From Nitrosopumilus sp. (GTDB lineage: Archaea; Thermoproteota; Nitrososphaeria; Nitrososphaerales; Nitrosopumilaceae), in assembly GCA_965203315.1 (NCBI GenBank), contig OZ241857.1, positions 64,001-128,000 on the forward strand: a stretch of 64,000 nucleotides of DNA. The letters run 5' to 3'. The notes under the pieces are model-generated. The model saw only the letters and a list, made by a program, of their open reading frames with translations. It was not told where the DNA came from and made no database searches. This document shows, in pieces, positions 1 to 11,302 of this stretch; position 1 is the stretch's first letter; the number at the start of each line of letters is the position of its first letter. Position numbers and translations under genes: made by a program.

Positions 1-1
1 G

Positions 2-1078
2 TTTGAGCACTGTGGTGGAGTAGAGACCAAGTTTGCATGTGTAAGTGGATCTTATGCTCTATATGATAATACTAACTGGATACGAGCAGGTGAGTCTGAA
101 GGCAAGTATGCTCTAGTTGTTGTATCTGATATTGCAAAATACGATATGGGCTCTAGTGGTGAGATGACACAAGGAGCAGGTGCTGTGGTTATGTTGCTGA
201 ATGACGATCCCCGACTATTGTCATTTGATCCTAAAGTCACATCAACCTCAATCAAAGACGAATATGACTTTTATCGTCCGTTTGGTAAAGAGACTCCCAT
301 AGTTCATGGACAGTACTCAAATCTATTGTATCTAATTCAGATTAGAAAGGCTCTAGAGTCATACAAGAGACGTGTAATCTCTACAGGTCTAATAAGAATC
401 GAACCTGGTGAGACAATCTTAGATCATATGGACTATATCAATATGCATTTGCCGTATAGTAACATGGGTAAGAAGGCATTGGCATATTTGGCGAGACACG
501 AATGGCGACAACTGCCTAGATGGCGTAACATATTGCACCAGATTGGCATAGATGAACCTCATCCCAATGATCCTAGAGGTACTATAGAGTCTGTACTAGG
601 TGATCCCGACTTTATGGAAAAGGATCACGAGTTTACAAAGTTGTTCACAGCGACACCCGAGTATCAAGAGATCTATGAATCTAAACTTGCCAGTTCACTA
701 GTTGCGTCAAGTATGATCGGAAACCTGTATACTGCATCTCTGTATCTAGGGTTCAGAAGTAGTCTAGAGTTTGAGTTTCAAAAGGGAATCGATCTAGCAG
801 AGAAGCGTGTGGGTTTTGGATCGTATGGTAGTGGTAGCAGTGCGATGGTATTTAGTGGTGTTATATCTCCACGATACAAAGAGATCGTAAAGAACATGAA
901 TCTAGAGTCTGAGATTGGCGTACGTAAGAGACTCACATGGGACGAGTATGAACAATTACATGAGAATAAACTGATGCCAGATGAACCAATGCTTGATCCG
1001 AAACACGAGTTTGTGCTAGTTGATGTAAAGACGGAACAAGAGTCCAAAGGAGAGCGTAGATACATATTTCAAGAATGA
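2..1078 (+). CDS. mvaS: Hydroxymethylglutaryl-CoA synthase (5' end outside window)
   Basis: Frame is open from base 2 and reads FEHCGGVETKFACVSGSYA (catalytic Cys), then GEMTQGAGAV, HLPY, GNLYTAS and SYGSG motifs. Confidence 0.93.
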   Translation, partial: FEHCGGVETKFACVSGSYALYDNTNWIRAGESEGKYALVVVSDIAKYDMGSSGEMTQGAGAVVMLLNDDPRLLSFDPKVTSTSIKDEYDFYRPFGKETPIVHGQYSNLLYLIQIRKALESYKRRVISTGLIRIEPGETILDHMDYINMHLPYSNMGKKALAYLARHEWRQLPRWRNILHQIGIDEPHPNDPRGTIESVLGDPDFMEKDHEFTKLFTATPEYQEIYESKLASSLVASSMIGNLYTASLYLGFRSSLEFEFQKGIDLAEKRVGFGSYGSGSSAMVFSGVISPRYKEIVKNMNLESEIGVRKRLTWDEYEQLHENKLMPDEPMLDPKHEFVLVDVKTEQESKGERRYIFQE

Positions 1079-1620
1079 GTGACAACCATCCTATCAAGGA
1101 TCATCTATTCAGCTTTGTGGACAACTCGCAAGATATACCAGAGATGATATCCAAACAACGATTCGATCATCTTGTACATCATATCCTAGATGGCTGTTTT
1201 GATGATATTGTCAAGATGGACATGTACGATAACGCGATTGGTATACTGGCAACTAGTATGTTGCACTATATACTGACTGCTACATTGATTCCTAGTCAGA
1301 GAAAGATCAAACATCAAGGTGTTGATCTAGATATCGTCATTCCAGATACACAGACACTCTCTCAAGATCCTAAGAGATCTCTTGTAATATGCATTCCAAT
1401 GTCATCTGATGCTGATGTTATACACAGTAAAATATTAGAGATCGAGTCCATCAATCCCACACCAAATAATATTTGGGTTGTACTGTCCGATATGGTAGAT
1501 ATCAACAAGAACACATTTGTTCTAGATCGATCTGGAGAGTCTTTCACAAACTGTATCCTAGAGATCGCAAAGTTTTACAACACACGAGGAGACTCGAGAC
1601 TAAAGATACTGCGCATTTGA
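1075..1620 (+). CDS. Hypothetical protein
   Basis: 181-aa ORF with ATGA overlap on the HMG-CoA synthase stop. Confidence 0.75.
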   Translation: MSDNHPIKDHLFSFVDNSQDIPEMISKQRFDHLVHHILDGCFDDIVKMDMYDNAIGILATSMLHYILTATLIPSQRKIKHQGVDLDIVIPDTQTLSQDPKRSLVICIPMSSDADVIHSKILEIESINPTPNNIWVVLSDMVDINKNTFVLDRSGESFTNCILEIAKFYNTRGDSRLKILRI

Positions 1621-2074
1621 ACCTTTGATGTTTATAGTGATCTGGTTGAAGTTTTTTTTAATTTGTAAGGGATCGTAAAATAGTACATAATTGTCCAAAA
1701 ATTTTACTAACTGATTTGGACGCTGTATTAAATTGTAATGTTTGATATCTGAACCTCGATAGATAAATTTTCTAATTTATCCTCGTTTCATCTATGACGC
1801 GTTAAAAAGACACTATAATTGATAGCCTGTCAATCTGTATAAAGTAGATATCTGGTTGTCCGCAATACTTGTATCTTGACCATAATTATTTGACACTATT
1901 TCTTATCAAGAATTTATTTTATTGATTATTCTGTGAAACTGGCCTCTATGTTTTGACATAATAAAATCTAGTAAATCTTGGTTAATCACAGATTAGATCA
2001 ATGATTCACAAATCAGTGGTTCAATCTACAAATGTACCGATTTTGTTTTTAATATACTCTTTTCATAATGGTCA

Positions 2075-2764
2075 ATGACATTGCTAACACACAGTCGAAT
2101 CTCATCAATATTTGGTGTGGCAATCATCAGTGTCGCTCTTGTGTATGGCGGAACTGTTTTTGCAAGTCACAACTTTGAGATCGGCGTATCTGGAAATGTG
2201 CTTCCGGACAACACACACATTCGATTAGATGGGATAAATCTTGCGCCAGGCGCAATATTTCCCATCTATGACTCTAGTCCAAACTATGTTGCAGGTCACT
2301 TGCTATTGTCTGCACCATGCATGCCAACGTTGGGTGATGGACATCTCCCAAACAGTGACAAGAATAAGACGTGGAGACCAACAATAACTGTGATTGCTGG
2401 ACATATAGACGAATTTGATACAAATACGAGAATGGATTCTATACCACTCTTTTATATCAACACTGTCTCAAATGGACCTAAATCTTGTGTATTCCATGCC
2501 CATCTGCCAGATCCAATAAATGGTGGTGCTCCCAAGGTTACTGACATTGCTCTGATCAACACGTCCAATCGTAATATTATCTTCGATTCAGAACATGTCG
2601 TTGACGTCAACATTCAACAAGTAATTGGAAACATAGGACACGCACCGTACGAAAATGGACCTGTCATAAACATTGGACCAAATCCTGTATTTGATCTAAA
2701 TGACAACGACTCTACAAACGATGGTCGTGGACATCCATCACAAGGTGGAGGTGGCGGACACTGA
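2075..2764 (+). CDS. Secreted hypothetical protein, possibly metal-binding
   Basis: Signal peptide ending VFA-SH; motifs YDSSP..GH..PC, CVFH, VTDIALIN. Confidence 0.75.
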   Translation: MTLLTHSRISSIFGVAIISVALVYGGTVFASHNFEIGVSGNVLPDNTHIRLDGINLAPGAIFPIYDSSPNYVAGHLLLSAPCMPTLGDGHLPNSDKNKTWRPTITVIAGHIDEFDTNTRMDSIPLFYINTVSNGPKSCVFHAHLPDPINGGAPKVTDIALINTSNRNIIFDSEHVVDVNIQQVIGNIGHAPYENGPVINIGPNPVFDLNDNDSTNDGRGHPSQGGGGGH

Positions 2765-2769
2765 ACAAT

Positions 2770-3804
2770 GTGACATTGGGCATCATTGCGAGTATTGCAC
2801 TGTTGTCTGTTATCGGAGTTCAGAATGCAACTGCACATCAATCTGTTGTCTTGTCTGGTGACGATCATGTAAACAGTATGGTCTTTGTACTTGGACATGT
2901 AGATGAACCTACATATGGTAATGATCCAGGAACTCATGAAGGAAAACACGGTCTAGAACTCTATGTACGTGATCAAGCTACAAATCTGATGATCCCACAA
3001 GGACATGCTGAACTATTCTTTGACAAGTACTATTTTGAGAACGTTGCTGCATACAACTCTGCAAAGTCGCTCAATGACACAACTTCGATAGAACGTGAAA
3101 TCCCAATAAATCAAGCATACGGCAAGCCAGGTTACTATGTTCATCGTCAGATAATCCAAGATGGAATCTACGGCTATCATGTCTATGGAACGCTTGACTA
3201 CTATGGCGTGGGTCATAAAGATATTGACGTAACGATGTTCTGCGGTAGAGTTCATGACATGGACGATCCTACAAAGTTTGAGAATGTGACTGTTGGCACA
3301 ACGCGAGGCGAGTTTGGCTGTCCTCAATCAACCAAAGAACTCTATTTTCCAAAGATAGGTCATCAATCTGATGGCAACATGGAACACAGAGACCACAAAG
3401 ACAGTGACTCACATAAAGACAAGATGAGCGATCATGATGATCACGGCAAGAAGGACATGTCTATGACCCCTGATGTAACCTCGATGCTATCTGATGGCAC
3501 ACAAGTCTTGATCCAAGTCAGTGAACCTATTGTTGGTGAGCGATCAGAGATCAACGTCATCTTCAAAGATGCACAGCACGTCAACTATGATATAGTTGTA
3601 ATGCAGGGTTCTATCAAAGTGCTAGATGAAGTTGATGTCCATGATCATGATGGCGTGTATGAACACAAGACAATACCTCTGATATCTACATCGCCGTTTG
3701 ATATTACCATAACATTCCAAGGTTATGGTATGGCCGACAAAAAACCACCTATTGGTGAGACACTACAGTTCAATCGTGTTATATCGACGATAAATAAATA
3801 CTGA
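2770..3804 (+). CDS. Secreted His-rich protein with a domain of the type found in thaumarchaeal PEFG-CTERM proteins
   Basis: Signal peptide ending ATA-H; His/Asp linker EHRDHKDSDSHKDKMSDHDDHG; C-terminal HVNYDI..HDHDG..ITFQGYG domain. Confidence 0.75.
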   Translation: MTLGIIASIALLSVIGVQNATAHQSVVLSGDDHVNSMVFVLGHVDEPTYGNDPGTHEGKHGLELYVRDQATNLMIPQGHAELFFDKYYFENVAAYNSAKSLNDTTSIEREIPINQAYGKPGYYVHRQIIQDGIYGYHVYGTLDYYGVGHKDIDVTMFCGRVHDMDDPTKFENVTVGTTRGEFGCPQSTKELYFPKIGHQSDGNMEHRDHKDSDSHKDKMSDHDDHGKKDMSMTPDVTSMLSDGTQVLIQVSEPIVGERSEINVIFKDAQHVNYDIVVMQGSIKVLDEVDVHDHDGVYEHKTIPLISTSPFDITITFQGYGMADKKPPIGETLQFNRVISTINKY

Positions 3805-3884
3805 TACAGATACAATCACTCTCTTTTTTTATTTATTGTGGTCTTTTCAGTTTATTGCGTATTATGTATTGTGTATTATGTAAC

Positions 3885-4181
3885 CTAACAACACGACTCT
3901 GAACATAGTGCGGGGATATCATTACTAGCTTTTGTTATATCCACAATTAGTTTTGAGATCTGCTTGTTTGTTATCGAGTATATGACATTCTTTCCCTCAC
4001 ATCTGGATTTGACTATTCCACACTCACGAAGTATCTTCAAATGGTGTGATATCAATGGCTGATCTCGCTTCATCTTTGCAACAAAGTCTCCTACACAAAA
4101 CTCGGTATTCTTTTGTAACAGTGTCAAGATCTCAAATCTAGTCTCATCGCAGATACATCGAAGTAACGCTAAACCGTTCAT
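3885..4181 (-). CDS. ArsR/SmtB family transcriptional regulator
   Basis: DETRFEIL, EFCVGD, QPLISHHLKILRECGIV winged HTH; ends in CC. Confidence 0.92.
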   Translation of the reverse strand: MNGLALLRCICDETRFEILTLLQKNTEFCVGDFVAKMKRDQPLISHHLKILRECGIVKSRCEGKNVIYSITNKQISKLIVDITKASNDIPALCSESCC

Positions 4182-4541
4182 ATTAATCTAAATCTATGCT
4201 TGTTATTTATGTGGGGCTATTAATTACATGTCGTGTCGGTGAGACTACAAATCTGATATTATTCAACATTAAATTTGCATACATATTAGTACCGAACAGT
4301 TTAATGAGCAAAACTGGTAGGTTGATGAACTGTTTGATGATTTGTGCACAAACATGAACAAGACATTGCAAAACACCACTCATCTATTCGTAACAGACAA
4401 TATGCAAGATGATGGTTAGAGGCAAGTACGCAGATAACAATTCGTTATAATGCTTCATAAATTCCAAATTGTCGATCCCCTCAAACATTGATCATATACA
4501 GCTATATTACGAATAATAATGACCACTAGGCATATACGATA

Positions 4542-5807
4542 TTGACAACTGAGAATCTCTTTGATGTGTCTAGGCGCCTAATTCCGTCTGGAGTCAACAG
4601 CCCAGTTCGATACTTTGAACCTCGACCATTCTTTACAGAACGTGCTGACAAGGGTCACATGTGGGATACCGACGGAAGACAGCTGATCGACTGCTGCAAC
4701 GGCTATGGGGCACTATTACTAGGACATAGACACCCTGTAATCATCTCGGCAGTAACTAAACAACTAGAGTCTGGCACACTCTACTGTACACCCACCCAAA
4801 ACGAGACTAGGCTAGCTGGTCTGATTACTAGATACTATTCATCAATAGACAAGGTTCGATTAGTGAATACTGGCGGTGAGGCGACCATGACTGCAGTTAG
4901 ACTCGCTAGAGGTCATACCGGGAGACGCAAGATTGTGATGTTTGATGGCTGTTATCATGGAGCACATGACTCGTTGTTGGTAAAGCGTGATAAGGATGCA
5001 CAAGGTATTCCGTCATCAGAAGGCATACCGCCTCAGATATCTTCTCATACTATTGTGTCCAAGTATAATGACATCGAAGAGATATCAACTATTCTAGAAA
5101 CCGACGATGACATTGCAGGTGTGATAGTTGAACCTGTTGCTGGAAATATGGGTCTGGTATTACCTGCCTTGGACTTTCTTCCAACTCTTCGCAAGATCAC
5201 ACAAAAACGTGATATCGTATTGATCTTTGATGAGGTGATCACAGGATTTCGATTGGGGCTAGGTGGTGCCCAAGAGTACTTTGATATCACACCTGATATC
5301 ACAACACTTGGAAAGGCGTTGGGAGGTGGATTTGGAATTGCAGCTGTTGGTGGAAGAGAGGAGATTATGGACAAGCTTAGTCCTGGTGGGCAGATATATT
5401 CTGCGAGTACGTTTGCTGGAAATCCAATCGCCACTAGTGCAGCTATATCTGCTGTAAATTTTATGAGCACGAATAACGATATGTATAGTACGTTATCAGA
5501 TCGTGCACACACACTTGCAAAGGCTATTGGTGATATCGCAGATGATCTGCATATACCTCATCAAATCAATCAGATATCTTCGATGCTACAGATATTCTTT
5601 ACAAACGAGCCTGTAATTGATCGTGCCAGTGCTAATACATCCGACACAAAAAAATTCAAACAACTCTTTGACTCTTTATTGCGTAGTGGTGTGTTTGTAG
5701 CTCCGTCACAGTTTGAGGTACTCTTTCTGTCTCTCGCACATACCTCGCTCGATCTAGAAAAGATTCAAGACGCGTACAGTGTGGCACTCAAGGAGATGAT
5801 CAGTTGA
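4542..5807 (+). CDS. hemL: Glutamate-1-semialdehyde 2,1-aminomutase
   Basis: GVNSPVR, FDEVITGFR, TLGKALGGG. Confidence 0.97.
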   Translation: MTTENLFDVSRRLIPSGVNSPVRYFEPRPFFTERADKGHMWDTDGRQLIDCCNGYGALLLGHRHPVIISAVTKQLESGTLYCTPTQNETRLAGLITRYYSSIDKVRLVNTGGEATMTAVRLARGHTGRRKIVMFDGCYHGAHDSLLVKRDKDAQGIPSSEGIPPQISSHTIVSKYNDIEEISTILETDDDIAGVIVEPVAGNMGLVLPALDFLPTLRKITQKRDIVLIFDEVITGFRLGLGGAQEYFDITPDITTLGKALGGGFGIAAVGGREEIMDKLSPGGQIYSASTFAGNPIATSAAISAVNFMSTNNDMYSTLSDRAHTLAKAIGDIADDLHIPHQINQISSMLQIFFTNEPVIDRASANTSDTKKFKQLFDSLLRSGVFVAPSQFEVLFLSLAHTSLDLEKIQDAYSVALKEMIS

Positions 5808-6739
5808 GATATCTGGTGGGAGCTAGATCTAGCCGTCTGTCTATGGCACAAACAAACTGGGTTATCGCACAATTACAAAAGAGTACTCGTGATATCGAAT
5901 ATACTATACAATCGATTACAACTAGAGGTGATACCGATGATCGACCATTATTCACTATAGATCAGAAAGGAATATTTGAACGTGAGATCGACCGTGCAGT
6001 CTCTCAAGGTGAGATCGACTTTGCAGTACACAGCCTCAAGGATATTCCATCTACTCTGGACGACTCTCTATGTATAGCAGCTGTACCTAGACGCGAGTCT
6101 CCAAACGATATCTTGATCACTGTAAATGGTAGTGATCTAGACTCTATACATAAAGGAGATACTATAGGTACAAGCTCGTTGCGTAGAGCTGTTCAGATAT
6201 CGCGGCAACGACCTGACCTAAAGATTCATCCACTTCGAGGCAATGTTGATACCAGAGTAGAAAAGATGAACTCTGGTACCTATGGAGGTATCGTTCTTGC
6301 TGAGGCGGGAATAATGCGACTCAACCTAGATGTCAAATATCATGTCCTAAATGTAGACGAGTTCGTTCCATCACCTGGTCAAGGAGCGTTAGGTATAGTT
6401 GCAAGAACAGACGATCACAAGACAATCAATATGTTGCAGAGTATTGAGAGTTACGAGTCTCGAGCAGCTGTATCTGCAGAGCGTGCACTATCTTCAATCG
6501 TAGACTCTGGTTGCAGGTTTCCTATAGGCGCATATGCCACAACTAGCGATGGCACCATATCGTTACATGTTGTAGCATTCTCTGTAGATGGTTCTAAATC
6601 ATTATCTGTTAAACGGACAGGCAAGATCAACTCGCCAGATGAACTTGGTATATCAGCTGGCGAAGAACTAGTGGATATGGGCATAAGAGATCTTGCAGTA
6701 AACTGGCGTAGCGGATTGGAGGTTTGGAACAGGTCATGA
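5804..6739 (+). CDS. hemC: Hydroxymethylbilane synthase
   Basis: AVHSLKD, GTSSLRR, RGNVDTR, SGCRFPIG. Confidence 0.97.
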   Translation: MRYLVGARSSRLSMAQTNWVIAQLQKSTRDIEYTIQSITTRGDTDDRPLFTIDQKGIFEREIDRAVSQGEIDFAVHSLKDIPSTLDDSLCIAAVPRRESPNDILITVNGSDLDSIHKGDTIGTSSLRRAVQISRQRPDLKIHPLRGNVDTRVEKMNSGTYGGIVLAEAGIMRLNLDVKYHVLNVDEFVPSPGQGALGIVARTDDHKTINMLQSIESYESRAAVSAERALSSIVDSGCRFPIGAYATTSDGTISLHVVAFSVDGSKSLSVKRTGKINSPDELGISAGEELVDMGIRDLAVNWRSGLEVWNRS

Positions 6740-7476
6740 CTGGAAAGGTGTATCTAGTTGGTGCAGGTCCTGGTGATCCTAAACTACTGACTATGCGTGC
6801 AGTAGATCTCTTGAACAGTGCTGATGTTGTATTGTATGATCGATTGGTGAGTGAGTCAACTCTGGCGATGATTCCTAAATCAGCTGAATGTGTATATGTT
6901 GGGCGAGCTGTAGGTGACGATACTAGACATCAAGAGAGTACAAATGATCTGATGGTACGATATGCAGAAAAGTACAAGTGTATAGTTCGACTAAAGGGTG
7001 GCGATCCTATCATATTTGGACGTGGTGGCGAAGAGGCAGAATTTCTAAAGAGCAAAGATATTCAGTACGAGATAGTTCCTGGAATTACCTCTGGAATTGG
7101 TTCTGCTACATATGCAGGCATTCCGCTGACACATCGCAAGTACAGCTCTTCGGTTGCGTTTGTTACCGGACATGAAGATCCTACAAAGTCAACAGAGACA
7201 GTACGGTGGCAACAACTTGCAAAGTCAGTCGATACTATAGTGATCATGATGGGACTCTCACGAATTGATATAATATCTAAAAATTTGGTGGCAGGTGGCA
7301 TGTCATCTAGTACGCCAGTAGCTGTGATTTATAATGGAACTATGCTTGAGCAAAAGATCATACGAGGCAATCTTGCTGATATTGCGCAACGTGTTCGTGA
7401 AGAGAAGATCGTACCTCCTGCAAATATTATTGTGGGTAACGTAGTCAAACTTGGTGATGTGTTGAGATGGAGATGA
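6736..7476 (+). CDS. cobA: Uroporphyrinogen-III C-methyltransferase
   Basis: VYLVGAGPGD, RLKGGDPIIFGRGGEE; ATG 6736 overlaps the hemC stop. Confidence 0.97.
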   Translation: MTGKVYLVGAGPGDPKLLTMRAVDLLNSADVVLYDRLVSESTLAMIPKSAECVYVGRAVGDDTRHQESTNDLMVRYAEKYKCIVRLKGGDPIIFGRGGEEAEFLKSKDIQYEIVPGITSGIGSATYAGIPLTHRKYSSSVAFVTGHEDPTKSTETVRWQQLAKSVDTIVIMMGLSRIDIISKNLVAGGMSSSTPVAVIYNGTMLEQKIIRGNLADIAQRVREEKIVPPANIIVGNVVKLGDVLRWR

Positions 7477-8261
7477 AAGACAAGACAATAGCAATAACAC
7501 GATCACCTGATGATGCCATCGAGTTTATTGATCTTGCAAAGACTCATGGAGCTACTCCTGTGACATTACCTACGATTCAACTTACAAGCAAAAGTGAAAA
7601 GATTGTAGATGAGTTTCTAGAGTCAATATCGCAAAACGATCCTGACTATTGTGTCTTTATGAGTTCTAAAGCGGTCAGATTGCTGTTTACTGCTGCACAC
7701 AAATCTGATATGACACACAAGTTACAACTTGCTATAGCAAACACTGGTGTTGTGTCGGTTGGTCCAAAGACTAGTGCTGCACTACATGAGCAAGGGATCA
7801 AGGTTAATCATGAACCAGAGATATACTCGTCTGTTGGTGTTGGAGAGGTATTCACTCAGATTGGTGCGGTGGGTAAAAAGGCTCTGATTCCACGCAGCTC
7901 TGCTTCGACTCCGTTTCTAAAACAACTCTTGAACAAGATTGGTGTCGATGTGTGCGAGATATATCTGTATGATGTATGTGCGTTTGATGATACATCTGAA
8001 TGGAACGAGTTTCGTGACTTGTTTGCAAAAGGTAACGTACATGGGATCATATTTACTAGTGCATCATCTGTACGTGCATTCTTTGAGATAATGGAGCGAG
8101 ATCACAATAGATCAGAAATTCTAATCTATCTTGCTAAAACTCTGATTGTATCGATTGGTCCATTTACATCAGATGAGTTGAACAAGTTTGATGTACAACA
8201 TATTACTGCATCAACACATACTGTTGCTGGTGCATTCGATACCCTCAAATCAACACTCTAG
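7467..8261 (+). CDS. hemD: Uroporphyrinogen-III synthase
   Basis: IAITR, VGPKT, FTSASSV, SIGPFT. Confidence 0.93.
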   Translation: MEMKDKTIAITRSPDDAIEFIDLAKTHGATPVTLPTIQLTSKSEKIVDEFLESISQNDPDYCVFMSSKAVRLLFTAAHKSDMTHKLQLAIANTGVVSVGPKTSAALHEQGIKVNHEPEIYSSVGVGEVFTQIGAVGKKALIPRSSASTPFLKQLLNKIGVDVCEIYLYDVCAFDDTSEWNEFRDLFAKGNVHGIIFTSASSVRAFFEIMERDHNRSEILIYLAKTLIVSIGPFTSDELNKFDVQHITASTHTVAGAFDTLKSTL

Positions 8262-8669
8262 TTTTGTGTTATTTTTAATTTTATGCTTGTTACAAACTGG
8301 TTCTCGTTACTATTCATCAGCCATATGATACATCTACAATAAAGTATCAAAAAATAGTCCTCTGCCATTTTTGTAAAACCAAATAATTAAGTTATAAGAA
8401 AAACGGTCTCTCTGATTTTCTTGTAGAGCATACTTTAACTCATTTGAAAGATATGATTTCTCATTTATTCATAAAATAAAAGAGTGGTCATAATATTAGT
8501 AGATGCAAAGCATGCTATGTTATGATCTTTTATCTACACGACCAATAGTTGATTGTTAGATATTTACAAGATGTGTGTAAAAGAGATGAAAGAGTTTTGG
8601 ACTTTGTAAAACTACACGTAACAAAACCTAACATGAACTCAAATCCTATATTAAAGAGATAATGGATAT

Positions 8670-8787
8670 GGGTATTCACGATTTCTGTGAAGTGGATTTT
8701 TTTACAGAAAAGTCGCAACGAGATTTTATTGGAACACTTGGAAAAAAAGTCTTGTGAAACGTTATACTAAACACATCAAAGAGATCT
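8670..8787. repeat. Degenerate copy of MITE family B
   Basis: Shares tttttacagaaaa, aaaaagtcttgtgaaa and aaagagatct with the copies at 39630 and 59493. Confidence 0.5.
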
Positions 8788-8869
8788 ATAGTAGTGATCC
8801 ATCTCCTATTTTGCCATGATTTTGAGTTTTCGAATATCAGTTAACGTCAATGATATTTCTTGGCAGTTG

Positions 8870-9020
8870 AATTGACAAAGAACAGATTGTACAATCTCAA
8901 ACAAATCTATTTTGCTAGAGACAACAGTACTTTACAATAGGTAATACTGACTGTTTCTCATACTTTATAAAATTTTGAGATTTTGTGTAAATACTGGTAA
9001 CTCGTGTCAGATGAATATCT
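8870..9020. repeat. Degenerate copy of MITE family C
   Basis: tttacaatag..tttctcatactttataaaattttgagattttgtg resembles the interior of 51075-51250; ends approximate. Confidence 0.45.
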
Positions 9021-9072
9021 CTTTACTATCAGTTGTGATTAATGATTTATATCAGATCGTGTTAGTAATGCT

Positions 9073-9549
9073 GTGGACATTTATCTTCTTCGTCATGGAA
9101 AGGCTGAGCGCAACGTAAAGAGTGACGCTAAACGTAAACTCACTGTTACAGGCAAGAAAGAGATCGTCAAGATCGGACGCGCTATCAATTCATTGGGAAT
9201 AGTTTTAGATACAGTGGCCACGAGCCCACTAGCTAGGGCTTATCAAACTGCAGAGATCGTTCTCGATCATATTGCTCCAAACGTCATTATCCCTTGGGAT
9301 GAACTGAAACCAGAATCTGATGTTTTCGACACTGTTCAGCGACTGGCAAAACTAAAGATGGACACAGCTATATTGTTGGTTGGACACCAGCCTCACCTAA
9401 GTAACTTGATCTCGTATCTCATAGGTGGCTCTACAAATATTGCTTTAAAGAAAGGGGGGCTTGGACATATTCGTATCTCTGGAGGTCTCCAAAATGGCAT
9501 ACTACGATCCCTGATGACTCCCAAACAGCTCCAAAGATTGGCGAAATAA
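9073..9549 (+). CDS. sixA: SixA-type phosphohistidine phosphatase
   Basis: LLRHGKA, TSPLARAYQTA, LVGHQP. Confidence 0.93.
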   Translation: MDIYLLRHGKAERNVKSDAKRKLTVTGKKEIVKIGRAINSLGIVLDTVATSPLARAYQTAEIVLDHIAPNVIIPWDELKPESDVFDTVQRLAKLKMDTAILLVGHQPHLSNLISYLIGGSTNIALKKGGLGHIRISGGLQNGILRSLMTPKQLQRLAK

Positions 9550-9750
9550 TTTTTGATTAAAATAATGAGTCCATTTAATGACTTAATTCATACACAGAAT
9601 TGACTAGAATCTCTAGTGTCACCTTGTAGTGGAGATAAATTCATGTAGCGCAATTGCTAGACTAGATGATTATTATGACAAGTTGGACATGATTATAAAA
9701 CCTATAACTCAATTTGAGATAAATTACAGTATGTCCCGACGCTATCTATC

Positions 9751-11292
9751 TTGGAACAGATTGCACCTATGGATGGGATGAACAAAGCTTCTGTGATTGA
9801 TCTCGGTTCAAATTCAGTTAAATTAGCCAACTATAACGTAGATTCTAAAGATTCTTACAAACCCTATCATCAAGAGTCAGTTCGTATCAAACTTGCTGAA
9901 GGTCTAGTGAACGGAGCACTGGGAGAGAAACACATGTGGCAAACAATCGATATCTTGAAGTTCTTTAGAAATATAATCGACTTTGAAGATATCAACTATG
10001 TACTGTCAGTGGCCACGAGCGCAGTTAGAGAAGCTTCTAATCGTGATAGTTTCTTGTCTACGATTCTACATGAAACTGGATTTAACTTTAAAGTACTCTC
10101 TGAACATGAAGAGGCACTATACTCTTATGCGGGTGCAATTCGTTCACTAAATCTTCCAAATGTGGTGTTCTTTGATATTGGAGGTGGCAGCCTTGAATTA
10201 GTCTCTTCAAAAAATTTTGAGATCAACAAGACAATCTCAGTTCCTTTAGGGGCATTAAAACTCAGTCAAAGTTTTACTACACTTGGTCGTTCATCTGATA
10301 CTATTAAAGAGATGATACAGTATATTGAAGCTAATCTGCCAGATCGTGAAACATTGGGTATTGATCACTCTGATGGACTAGTTCTGGTGGGTGTTGGAGG
10401 AACAGTTCGAACATTGGCCAAGTACGATCAAGCATCCATGTCATATCCACTAAAGAAACTTCACAACTATCAAATGCCATTTGACTCTGTCACTAAACTC
10501 TCTAATGAATTACACTCGATGACCATCGAACAGATTGCCCAGATCGATTCTATTGGAAATGGCAGATCTGACACTATACAAGCTGGTGCTGCCGTAATAT
10601 CCACTCTAATGAATAAACTCGAGTTTGACTCATTAACTGTTAGTGCACAAGGACTACGCGAAGGTACACTTGCACTATCGCTTCAATACCCAAACGAGTT
10701 TACAAAACACATGATAAACGAGACACATGTACAAGATCTAGTTCGTCTATATTCTCAACCAGATGCTGTCTTGAAGCACATAGACGATCTAGTCCGCATC
10801 TTCTTTACCATAAATCTGATATCTGATGAAGAACGAGATATTCTTGTTCGAGCGACATTACAGATAGACAAACTTTCCTCATTTCGAACTGTGGATAGTG
10901 TTTTTTACGCAATTCTTGACGACGACAGCAATCTGTCACATAGACAGCAACTGATTGTTGCATTGTCTATAATCTATGTAAAGAAGAAGAACCAGGCAGA
11001 TATCTTGTTTGACGAGTTTGCTCAAATACTTGGACCAAGCGATAAAAAGATGATCAAAAAGATATCGTCTATAGTCTCTTTATGTGATATACTCTACAAG
11101 ACTGGAACTCTAGTAAGATCTAAGAGTGTGGGCACAATGCTCTCACTTGATGTTTATTCTGCAAATAATAAATTTCCAGAGAGGCTGTTTGCAAAAGCAT
11201 GTAGCAAGATGTCAGACTCGGTTGGCATTCGTATTGACTCTTCTGTATACTATGATGTTCCAAATCGTGTCAAATCTGTGGACATCATATAG
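9751..11292 (+). CDS. ppx: Ppx/GppA exopolyphosphatase
   Basis: IDLGSNS, ATSAVREA, EEALYSY, DIGGGSLE, GVGGT, GLREG. Confidence 0.93.
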   Translation: MEQIAPMDGMNKASVIDLGSNSVKLANYNVDSKDSYKPYHQESVRIKLAEGLVNGALGEKHMWQTIDILKFFRNIIDFEDINYVLSVATSAVREASNRDSFLSTILHETGFNFKVLSEHEEALYSYAGAIRSLNLPNVVFFDIGGGSLELVSSKNFEINKTISVPLGALKLSQSFTTLGRSSDTIKEMIQYIEANLPDRETLGIDHSDGLVLVGVGGTVRTLAKYDQASMSYPLKKLHNYQMPFDSVTKLSNELHSMTIEQIAQIDSIGNGRSDTIQAGAAVISTLMNKLEFDSLTVSAQGLREGTLALSLQYPNEFTKHMINETHVQDLVRLYSQPDAVLKHIDDLVRIFFTINLISDEERDILVRATLQIDKLSSFRTVDSVFYAILDDDSNLSHRQQLIVALSIIYVKKKNQADILFDEFAQILGPSDKKMIKKISSIVSLCDILYKTGTLVRSKSVGTMLSLDVYSANNKFPERLFAKACSKMSDSVGIRIDSSVYYDVPNRVKSVDII

Positions 11293-11302
11293 ATTACATA
11301 AT

